Origin: a virus
DNA: 32,000 nucleotides
Virus record (IMG/VR): IMGVR_UViG_3300018080_000110
Span: 1-32,000 of that record
Direction: 5' to 3' (one strand)
This document shows, piece by piece, positions 7,751 to 13,599 of this stretch. Position 1 is the stretch's first letter, and every line of letters starts with the position of its first letter. Both the position numbers and the translations under genes were made by a program. The notes under the pieces are model-generated. The model was not told the origin of the DNA. It saw only the letters and a list, made by a program, of their open reading frames with translations, and made no database searches.

Positions 7751-8143
7751 CTACAGCAGCTCGGAGAACCTTCGGTAGAGATCTGGGAGCTTAGGAACGA
7801 ATTCACGGGGGTTTATTGGCCGGTCTGGCTTACCGACCACCACCGCACTGATAGTGGGATCTCCACGGAACGTCTCGACCCTGCCGTGGATGTAGTAGAC
7901 AGGCTCGTGCCGCTCATCATCGATTTCGATCCCACTCTCGTTGAAGATCTGGCTCATGGGTGTGCGGTACAAAACAGAAAAGACGAACTTCCTTTCTAAC
8001 TGGACGCGCGGAAGGTGGAAACACATGACGTTCAGCGTTTCTGCCCCCATCGGTAGCGGAACATCAACCACGCGAACATGACTCGCTTTAGCAACGAGCT
8101 CCCCGTCTTTGAAGATCTTCACTTCGTGGGAATCTTTCTCCAT
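7751..8143 (-). CDS. hypothetical protein (130 aa)
   Basis: ORF track. Weak SD. 25-nt overlap with the upstream gene. Confidence 0.5.
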   Translation of the reverse strand: MEKDSHEVKIFKDGELVAKASHVRVVDVPLPMGAETLNVMCFHLPRVQLERKFVFSVLYRTPMSQIFNESGIEIDDERHEPVYYIHGRVETFRGDPTISAVVVGKPDRPINPREFVPKLPDLYRRFSELL

Positions 8144-8361
8144 CCAACCGGCCCTTTCTTCGATCTCGGTGGCTCTGTAACAGCTCTGAGACCTGCCCGC
8201 CTACAAAACCTGCACCTACCCCACATACCACCGCCAGAGTATGGTTCTATCACGTCCCCCTTGCGAATACTCATACCTTCATGGATGTCCACTTCGTGTA
8301 GGCGTCCGCAATGAACGCACTCAAACTTGATCACATGAAGGTAGGATGGCTTCCTAGGCAT
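8119..8361 (-). CDS. zinc-ribbon protein (80 aa), apparently leaderless
   Basis: CVHCG...CRFCRR. No SD. The ATG lies 6-8 nt downstream of a -10-like element. Confidence 0.5.
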   Translation of the reverse strand: MPRKPSYLHVIKFECVHCGRLHEVDIHEGMSIRKGDVIEPYSGGGMWGRCRFCRRAGLRAVTEPPRSKKGPVGWRKIPTK

Positions 8362-8397
8362 GAAGCGATCGTATAAGATGCCGTAGATCTAAGTCAA
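8362..8397 (-). promoter_or_regulatory. sigma70-like promoter
   Basis: The minus strand reads TTGACT-N18-TACGAT-N6-ATG (alternatively N16-TATACG). Confidence 0.4.
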
Positions 8398-8403
8398 GTT
8401 GAT

Positions 8404-8477
8404 CGCGCCCGGTAGGGATCGAACCCACGACTTCCCAGGGGATTAAGCTGGGCACTCTACCGCTGAGTTACGAGCGC
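8404..8477 (-). tRNA. tRNA with expanded (9-nt) anticodon loop; isotype undetermined
   Basis: Minus-strand cloverleaf:
- Acceptor GCGCTCG/CGGGCGC.
- D arm ACTC-AGCGGTA-GAGT.
- T arm GTGGG-TTCGATC-CCTAC.
- Anticodon stem CCCAG/CTGGG encloses CTTAATCCC. Confidence 0.6.
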
Positions 8478-8481
8478 AAAA

Positions 8482-8633
8482 TGGCACCGGTCGGGGCTCG
8501 AACCCGCATACAACCACAGCCAACGGCCGTTGGCCACAGTCGGCAGCTCCTTGAGTCCTACGCGCTTTGCACCTTCGATCTGCATGCCGACCTAGGGCGT
8601 TCCCTGCGCAGTCTCGTTTTCGCCTACGATGCC
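8482..8633 (-). ncRNA. 152-nt RNA with tRNA-like acceptor/T-arm ends (unknown class)
   Basis: 5' GGCATCG pairs 7/7 (one G.U) with CGGTGCC near the 3' end, followed by A. It has a T-arm-like CGGG-TTCGAGC-CCCG. Internal helices are GGTCGGCA/TGCCGACT and GCCAAC-GGCC-GTTGGC. It sits 4 nt from each flanking tRNA-type gene. Confidence 0.35.
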
Positions 8634-8637
8634 ATAG

Positions 8638-8716
8638 CTCCCCGCCGTGGAGTCGAACCACGCCCTCCCAAGGCCTCATCGGCCACTGGGTGCCCTCCCC
8701 CGAGGACCTGCGGGGA
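8638..8716 (-). ncRNA. tRNA-like RNA with 24-nt anticodon arm
   Basis: Acceptor TCCCCGC/GCGGGGA, D arm GTCC-TCGGGGGA-GGGC and T arm CGTGG-TTCGACT-CCACG are canonical. The stem CCCAG/TTGGG encloses 14 nt (TGGCCGATGAGGCC). These can stack as GGCC/GGCC, leaving a GATGA pentaloop. Confidence 0.5.
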
Positions 8717-8727
8717 CTAATCTGCCT

Positions 8728-9012
8728 TCATTTCAGCAAAGGTAGCGATTTCATGTACTTTTTCACCTCCGAGCGAGGACAGGGCTCTAGACCAATGGCC
8801 ATCAGCTCTCCGCAATAAGGTTCGTCGTTCTCGATAACGGCACGATGAGGCACCCCAGCTGCCTCCAGGACCTGCCGGAGGCGTCTCAACTCGTCAGAAC
8901 AAGCCGCCAAGACAACGGCGTAGGTGCCGGCTCTCAGGCCGCCTGGCGAGCTCTCTCCTGCTGCATGTACGATTTGGGCTGCTTGGATACCCCGTGGAAT
9001 GTCGGGGCGCAC
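8728..9012 (-). CDS. PTH2-family peptidyl-tRNA hydrolase-like protein
   Basis: GIQAAQIVHAAG...YAVVLAACSDELRRLRQVLEAAGVPHRAVIENDE...ELMAIGLEPCPRSEVKKYMKSLPLLK matches the PTH2 pattern (AAQ..HAA; vvvk..s..eL; G.p...I.DaG; t.laiGP; l.LL). The start is uncertain, because the track's GTG at 9012 removes the first beta-strand (see findings). Confidence 0.55.
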   Translation of the reverse strand: MRPDIPRGIQAAQIVHAAGESSPGGLRAGTYAVVLAACSDELRRLRQVLEAAGVPHRAVIENDEPYCGELMAIGLEPCPRSEVKKYMKSLPLLK

Positions 9013-9179
9013 AGCGACGTAGTGGGTGGTGGGATCGTGCCGGGAGGGCTGACTGTCAATCGCGCATTGTCTTTCTCCGTCTGAGCAGCTTACTCAAGGT
9101 AAGGCCGACTCAGCTCGAGGTCAACCTCGAGAGCTAAAAAAGACACGACGTGCGAGTTGCGGAAGCTTGGTCCCCGAAG

Positions 9180-9251
9180 GGACAAACGCTGGATTTGAAC
9201 CAGCACTCATCGATTACAATTCGATTGCCTCTACCATTGGGCTAGTTTGTA
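9180..9251 (-). tRNA. tRNA-Thr (anticodon UGU)
   Basis: Anticodon stem ATCGA/TCGAT with loop ATTGTAA. T arm GCTGG-TTCAAAT-CCAGC. D arm GCC(C)-AATGGTAG-(A)GGC. Acceptor ACAAAC/GTTTGT with a T1.C72 mismatch. Confidence 0.75.
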
Positions 9252-9328
9252 GGCTCCTGCGGTGGGGCACGCCTTGTCCCTCACACGGCTCAAGGTGGCA
9301 GGCTAGAAAGCGATCGTCAATCAAAAAA

Positions 9329-9403
9329 TGAATCGGGAGGGATTCGAACCCTCAACTTCCCACTTTTAAGGCGGGCGCCTCTACCTGATTGGGCCACCGA
9401 CTC
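9329..9403 (-). tRNA. class-I tRNA with anticodon UAA (Leu UUA reader by anticodon); G3:U70, A73
   Basis: Minus-strand cloverleaf:
- Acceptor GAGTCGG/CCGATTC.
- D arm GCCC-AATCAGGTAG-AGGC.
- Anticodon stem CCCGC/GTGGG with loop CTTAAAA.
- Variable loop AAGTT.
- T arm GAGGG-TTCGAAT-CCCTC. Confidence 0.75.
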
Positions 9404-9404
9404 T

Positions 9405-9479
9405 TAGCAAGGGAGGGATTCGAACCCTCACTGACTGGGACTTGAATCCAGCGCCTCTGCCTAGTTGGGCTACCTTGCC
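9405..9479 (-). tRNA. class-I tRNA with anticodon CAA (Leu UUG reader by anticodon)
   Basis: Minus-strand cloverleaf:
- Acceptor GGCAAGG/CCTTGCT (G1:U72).
- Anticodon stem CTGG(A)/(C)CCAG with an A31.C39 mismatch and loop TTCAAGT.
- Variable loop TCAGT.
- T arm GAGGG-TTCGAAT-CCCTC. Confidence 0.7.
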
Positions 9480-9484
9480 GAAAA

Positions 9485-9569
9485 TGGGTGGTGAAGGATT
9501 CGAACCTCCACGGATCTAGCCGACCTCGGGGTTACAGCCCGGTATCTTAGCCAATTCGATCAACCACCC
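9485..9569 (-). tRNA. tRNA-Tyr (anticodon GUA), class II
   Basis: Minus-strand cloverleaf:
- Acceptor GGGTGGT/ACCACCC with A73.
- Anticodon loop CTGTAAC.
- Long variable arm (GGTCGGCTAGATCCGT).
- T arm GGAGG-TTCGAAT-CCTTC. Confidence 0.8.
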
Positions 9570-9668
9570 AAAGGACAGGGCAGCTGTTATCGTCTTCCTG
9601 CTTTCGCGCAGACGTTTATTCACTGCCTTCCGCTGTGCAAGCGGCCGAGCCAAACTCAACTGTCCTAT

Positions 9669-9743
9669 TACCGCAGGAGGGATTCGAACCCCCAACGCAC
9701 GGGACCTAAACCCGTCGCCTCTGCCAGATTGGGCTACTGCGGC
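9669..9743 (-). tRNA. class-I tRNA with anticodon UAG (Leu CUA reader by anticodon)
   Basis: Minus-strand cloverleaf:
- Acceptor GCCGCAG/CTGCGGT (G1:U72).
- Anticodon stem ACGGG/CCCGT with loop TTTAGGT.
- Variable loop GCGTT.
- T arm GGGGG-TTCGAAT-CCCTC. Confidence 0.75.
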
Positions 9744-9848
9744 AACTTTGATGTACTGGGGTCGTGCGCTCCCGGACCGGGAGCTAGATGAGCTGATACA
9801 ATAAGAACTGTCTTAGCTGCGGGCTCATATCGATCTTGTAGCTCCTAA

Positions 9849-10061
9849 CTACTTCCATGTCAACCACTCTGCCCCAGGTAAGAGGCCGAAATCCGGAAGG
9901 CTGGAATTGTTGCCGTCGTCGTCCCTCCCCACGATAACCCTCCTTCTGTCCGAGGCTCTCATTTGCTTCTCCGATCGCCTGTCCACTCCGTTTAACTTCC
10001 AGAGCTTGCTCAGAGAACTCCCCGCACGACAGTTTTTCGCTCTGCGCCTCTTGAAGTGCAT
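9849..10061 (-). CDS. hypothetical basic protein (70 aa)
   Basis: ORF track. Strong SD AAGGAGGTG. Confidence 0.55.
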   Translation of the reverse strand: MHFKRRRAKNCRAGSSLSKLWKLNGVDRRSEKQMRASDRRRVIVGRDDDGNNSSLPDFGLLPGAEWLTWK

Positions 10062-10074
10062 GACACCTCCTTCG

Positions 10075-10512
10075 TTAACTAACTGTCATGATCGCCTCCT
10101 TTCTGAGATCGACCGGGGCCCATTTAGTCCCGTTCTCGATCTCCAAATAAGAAGTTGGTCTAATGCGCTCGTTGTCGATCGAGCTGAACAACGAAACAGG
10201 GTAGCTCTTGCTGGGGTCGTAGATCTTGTTTTCTATCCAAGCTACCCAATGCCACGAGCTACTATGTTTGATCGTAAGTTTCACTAGTGCTCGATCCGTC
10301 TTATACAGATGTTTGACCACGTGTTTCACATGTCGTAGTCGATCTCGGCAATCAAATCCGAGTAGCCTGATCGCCAGCGCTAGTTCCTTGGTCTTGGTGC
10401 CGTGGTCGTGACCTACGATATAAAGCACTCTCTTCAAAGAAGATCCGGTCAACATAGCTACACAACACTGGCCACACATCGTAGATCCCTTGGATTGTTT
10501 GATCAATTTCAC
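10075..10512 (-). CDS. papain-like (C39-type) cysteine peptidase-like protein
   Basis: N-terminal CGQCCVAMLTG (Cys nucleophile context typical of C39/papain-like peptidases) and a later HWVAW (His). GTG start with a weak SD. Confidence 0.4.
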   Translation of the reverse strand: MKLIKQSKGSTMCGQCCVAMLTGSSLKRVLYIVGHDHGTKTKELALAIRLLGFDCRDRLRHVKHVVKHLYKTDRALVKLTIKHSSSWHWVAWIENKIYDPSKSYPVSLFSSIDNERIRPTSYLEIENGTKWAPVDLRKEAIMTVS

Positions 10513-10609
10513 CGCAGGACGAGTCCCCGTGCCCGATCTGATCGAAGACGGTCTCCCAAAACTGATCTATTTTGCGTAAGTCGAGGAACGTGTCCGTGTA
10601 CTAGATAAG

Positions 10610-10635
10610 AAAAGCAGATCGACAGACCTGCTTTT
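10610..10635. terminator. intrinsic terminator (bidirectional hairpin)
   Basis: AAAAGCAG-N10-CTGCTTTT gives a stem followed by a T-run on both strands. It lies directly downstream of gene 10644-10841. Confidence 0.6.
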
Positions 10636-10643
10636 CAATGCTC

Positions 10644-10841
10644 TTACCTAGTTCCTCTCAACGGGTACCTGTTTCTCAATGCCTCCACTGCTTCCCCCAT
10701 CGAGGAGTAGTGGAACATCGTTGAGTCATCAGGAATGGAGTTCCATCCGATAGCCCACTTCCCGTCCCTGTCTCTCCCAATAACTCCTCGGTAGAAGCCG
10801 TTGTCGTAGATCTCTTTCTTGAACGGGACACGGGTCTCCAT
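10644..10841 (-). CDS. hypothetical protein (65 aa)
   Basis: ORF track. SD GGAGGA. Abuts the upstream stop. Confidence 0.6.
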   Translation of the reverse strand: METRVPFKKEIYDNGFYRGVIGRDRDGKWAIGWNSIPDDSTMFHYSSMGEAVEALRNRYPLRGTR

Positions 10842-11051
10842 CTAGTCCTCCTTGCTGGACCTGTGGAGAATAGCGCACTCGCTACAGAAGTTGGACTCCT
10901 TCACGATCTCTGTTCCTACCCCTCCGTGATCTTCTATCCCCTTGCGCTTGTCATAGCGCTCTCTGTATTCCTTGATGCGCGTTTTTGTGACGACGCGAAT
11001 GGGGGACACTTGGGGCCCGAACGTCTTGTGGCATCCTTCGCAGTTGAACAT
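10842..11051 (-). CDS. zinc-ribbon protein (69 aa)
   Basis: CEGC...CSEC pairs. ORF track. Confidence 0.6.
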   Translation of the reverse strand: MFNCEGCHKTFGPQVSPIRVVTKTRIKEYRERYDKRKGIEDHGGVGTEIVKESNFCSECAILHRSSKED

Positions 11052-11501
11052 CTACTTGCCCTTCCCACTGCGCATGTCGTTGCGAATCTTGCGCGACTCA
11101 GCAGACTTCTCGGACTTGCGCTGCTGGTACGTCTTGCCTCCGTTCTTCTCCTTCTCCCTCTGCCTCTCTGTCTTGCCGGGGCTCATCACGCGGTTCTTCC
11201 TCTTGGTCTTTCTGTTCTTGCGACGCTCCTCGAACTCCTTGTCCATCTCCTGCTTCGCCCCCATCGCCTCCTCGATCACGCCGTCCATCAACTCGTATAC
11301 CTTCTCCGCTACCGAGGGGTGCCAGAAGAGAACGCGATTCCCAACTTCGATCTTCACCATCACGAACGGTGCCGACCACACCTGTTCGCTCTCTTCCTCG
11401 CTGCCGCTCTTTTCACGCCTCTGCGTTACCGCGGCAACCTTGACCTTGCGATTGTTGACGACTGCCTCGTGCTCCGAGAGCACCTTGTCCGTCTTGTACA
11501 C
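11052..11501 (-). CDS. hypothetical protein with K/R/E-rich C-terminal tail (149 aa)
   Basis: GTG start after AAAGGAGGAG. ORF track. Confidence 0.6.
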   Translation of the reverse strand: MYKTDKVLSEHEAVVNNRKVKVAAVTQRREKSGSEEESEQVWSAPFVMVKIEVGNRVLFWHPSVAEKVYELMDGVIEEAMGAKQEMDKEFEERRKNRKTKRKNRVMSPGKTERQREKEKNGGKTYQQRKSEKSAESRKIRNDMRSGKGK

Positions 11502-11525
11502 TTACTCCTCCTTTGGATGAATTGG

Positions 11526-12773
11526 TTACTTCCTCTTGTGGCGCCCGCCGCTCAATACCTGCTGAAGACGGATGTTCTCCATCTTGAGGAATAGCGTGTG
11601 CCAAAGCGCTCGGTACTTCGCCCTGTCCGAAGCCTTCTTCTCCCCAATGTGATCCCTCACAATCGCTACCAGGTCCCCACCAAACCTGTCCCAGACACTC
11701 TTGACGTACTTGAAGTTCGGGGCCCACAAGTACCGTCCTTCTTTGTCTTGCGCAAGGAAATGTCTGAACGAAGACAAGATCGCCCCTGACGCTCCCCACG
11801 TCAACCTATCCCGAGACTGCTGGGTGATGATCGGGAAGTCGTACGGTTTCTTGTACCTCCGTGACTCCACAAACCCGTAGTCCTCCGCCTGCCTCGGGTC
11901 GTCCAACTTGTGAAACCCCTCAGCCCTGATCGATTCCATAAGCTCCCAAAAATCCGGGAGCAAGTGAATGGAGTTGTCGTACCGCGACGGCTCATTCCAG
12001 AAAGTTCTGGTCAGGCTGTATTGGGCGTTGAACGCCCCGTTCGGTTGCTTGCTCGGTTCGTCGATGGGGTACCTCTCGATGTCCATGGCCTCCAAGATAC
12101 GAAGGCACTGCCCCCCTGTATAGACCTTCTCCTTGTGAACCTTTGTCTCGTTCGCCATGAAGCCGAAGTACCTCAGAATGTCTCCGTCTCGCAGGGCTCC
12201 TTTGATGGAGTTGAACACCCCGTCGGAGTTCATCAAAGATAGCTCCGAGATCTGATTGCCTCTGTTCTTCGACTTGGAGACGTACAACATCCCCGATTTA
12301 CTGCGGCAGAAATCCCCGCACATGACATGCAGTGGGATATAGAGCTGAGGCTCGATCCCGTCTTTCAGCATCTCCTCGAATCTCTCCTTGTGCGATAACG
12401 CCCCCTGGTAAACATGCTTGCCGTTGATAGAGCCACAGTACTTGCCCTTGTTGTTCACGACAATCCATTTAACACCGTTGTGGCTCACGATTTCCGCGCT
12501 TGTCGTGGTGATCGTCATGCCGAGGCAGCCCAGGTGGAAGATCCCGTTCACCGGGACCCCCTCGTTCATCATGGCCGATGCCATGTCTTTGTAGATGCGG
12601 CTCCCTGACCACACCAACCTTGGGTTGCGCCCGGCGTTGATCCCTTCTGGCATTTCCCACCCCAGGGCCAGAGCATAGATGTGCTCCAGATTCACTACCG
12701 GGTCTGAGAACCCAGCTCCTCCGTAAACTGGGATCGCAATGTAGCCTCTTGATACTCTCGGTGCTTTCAGCAT
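11526..12773 (-). CDS. hypothetical protein (415 aa), no recognisable domain
   Basis: Longest clean ORF in its neighbourhood. SD AGGAAAGGA. It has a dedicated promoter motif and a 5' hairpin upstream. Confidence 0.7.
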   Translation of the reverse strand: MLKAPRVSRGYIAIPVYGGAGFSDPVVNLEHIYALALGWEMPEGINAGRNPRLVWSGSRIYKDMASAMMNEGVPVNGIFHLGCLGMTITTTSAEIVSHNGVKWIVVNNKGKYCGSINGKHVYQGALSHKERFEEMLKDGIEPQLYIPLHVMCGDFCRSKSGMLYVSKSKNRGNQISELSLMNSDGVFNSIKGALRDGDILRYFGFMANETKVHKEKVYTGGQCLRILEAMDIERYPIDEPSKQPNGAFNAQYSLTRTFWNEPSRYDNSIHLLPDFWELMESIRAEGFHKLDDPRQAEDYGFVESRRYKKPYDFPIITQQSRDRLTWGASGAILSSFRHFLAQDKEGRYLWAPNFKYVKSVWDRFGGDLVAIVRDHIGEKKASDRAKYRALWHTLFLKMENIRLQQVLSGGRHKRK

Positions 12774-12802
12774 CTTTCAGTCCTTTCCTGGCTTACGCCG
12801 AT

Positions 12803-12821
12803 AAGGGAAATTGTTTCCCTT
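12803..12821 (-). promoter_or_regulatory. 5'-UTR hairpin / possible operator
   Basis: Perfect inverted repeat AAGGGAAA-ttg-TTTCCCTT between the promoter motif and the SD of gene 11526-12773. Confidence 0.4.
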
Positions 12822-12830
12822 CTTGATCAA

Positions 12831-12840
12831 CTTATACCGA
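12831..12840 (-). promoter_or_regulatory. CGGTATAAG promoter-like motif
   Basis: The minus strand reads TCGGTATAAG, 58 nt upstream of the ATG at 12773. TTGCGA lies 19 nt further upstream. Confidence 0.45.
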
Positions 12841-12864
12841 CTGAAAGATCAATTTTCGCAAGCT

Positions 12865-12904
12865 AAAAGAAGAAGACGCAGGTGTGATGTTGCGTCTTCT
12901 TCTT
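12865..12904 (-). terminator. intrinsic terminator
   Basis: 14-bp perfect stem AAGAAGAAGACGCA/TGCGTCTTCTTCTT. On the minus strand the GC core is followed by TTCTTCTTTT. It lies downstream of gene 12944-13258. Confidence 0.6.
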
Positions 12905-12943
12905 ACTTGCAGGACTGAGTTACTCGATAAATTGTCGAGTAGA

Positions 12944-13258
12944 TCAATTAGGAAGCGCCTCGTCCTCTCCCCCAACCCTCCCGAAAACGAGATTGTAGTT
13001 GTCTCTGTACGAAGCGCTGTTGACCATGGCTGGGCCCGAGCTGCCTTGCCTACGGAAAGACGTACGCTCATCCACGTTCCAGACTATGGGGGAACCATCA
13101 TGCGGAGATAGCCTTATCAACTCCTTACCGTTGAGAAGAGATCCCTCCTGCACATCACCCATATACCCTACGTGGACGCCGTCCGCGCAAACCATCGCGG
13201 CTTTCGTCTCCTTTCCCTCTTTTGGTGGTTCGAGGAGTATGATCTTGTCCTTCTTCAC
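12944..13258 (-). CDS. hypothetical protein (104 aa)
   Basis: GTG start (VKKDKIILLEPP) after GAGGA. It follows the upstream TAG by 2 nt. Confidence 0.55.
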   Translation of the reverse strand: MKKDKIILLEPPKEGKETKAAMVCADGVHVGYMGDVQEGSLLNGKELIRLSPHDGSPIVWNVDERTSFRRQGSSGPAMVNSASYRDNYNLVFGRVGGEDEALPN

Positions 13259-13260
13259 TT

Positions 13261-13599
13261 CTAGTCCTCGACCCGGCGCCAACCCTCGGGGGTACCCTCT
13301 CTCTGACGGAGAAGTTTCCAATCCCCCGGGGGCAACCTGAGGGTCTCGTGCTTGTCCACCGGACGGAGGTGACGCACGTCCACAACCTCCTTCGCTCTGA
13401 GGTACATGACCATGGCTCCTGCCATGTACAACTTCGCAACTCGCGCTGACACCACGTGGTGATGCCCGGTCTCACTGTGAGCCACCACGTAGTTCTCTCC
13501 CTCAGCCTTGACCTCCTCAACTCCTTCTGGGATGGCATCCACAGGAATTAACATCAGGTCTCCCTGAAAGAATGTAGACTTTCTATCTGCGATCTTCAT
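13261..13599 (-). CDS. hypothetical protein (112 aa)
   Basis: Start MKIADRKSTFFQGDLMLIP. TGATG overlap with the upstream stop. GGAGAA SD. Confidence 0.55.
   Translation of the reverse strand: MKIADRKSTFFQGDLMLIPVDAIPEGVEEVKAEGENYVVAHSETGHHHVVSARVAKLYMAGAMVMYLRAKEVVDVRHLRPVDKHETLRLPPGDWKLLRQREGTPEGWRRVED

Noticed and set aside
8482-8633. Possible tmRNA, either one-piece or permuted.
   Set aside because: The acceptor and T-arm-like ends are present. However, at ~150 nt it is much shorter than a standard tmRNA. I found no helix pairing the 5'-proximal region with the segment before the T arm, and no tag-like reading frame ending in hydrophobic/Ala residues plus a stop. The best frame gives GENETAQGTP*.
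8443-8818. ORFs 8443-8679 (-), 8481-8720 (+) and 8567-8818 (+) overlapping the tRNA-like region.
   Set aside because: All three are R/A/P/G-rich with no SD. They cross sequences that fold as acceptor and T arms with tRNA-like spacing. I prefer the RNA interpretation.
9112-9141. Hairpin AGCTCGAGG-tcaa-CCTCGAGAGCT with an adjacent A6/T6 run, considered as an intrinsic terminator.
   Set aside because: On the transcribed minus strand the T-run precedes the hairpin. On the plus strand the hairpin is followed by an A-run. Neither orientation gives stem followed by a U-tract, so it may instead be an RNA processing element.
9329-9743. Suppressor tRNAs or stop-codon reassignment, since the anticodons spell UAA and UAG.
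   Set aside because: Read 5'-3', anticodons UAA and UAG pair with the codons UUA and CUA, not with stop codons. Suppressors would need UUA or CUA anticodons. All genes in the window are intact under the standard code, with normal TAA/TAG/TGA ends.
12832-13071. A 79-aa minus-strand ORF spanning the terminator/promoter region.
   Set aside because: It overlaps the 3' end of gene 12944-13258 in another frame and runs through a 14-bp-stem terminator and the promoter motif. It has no SD.
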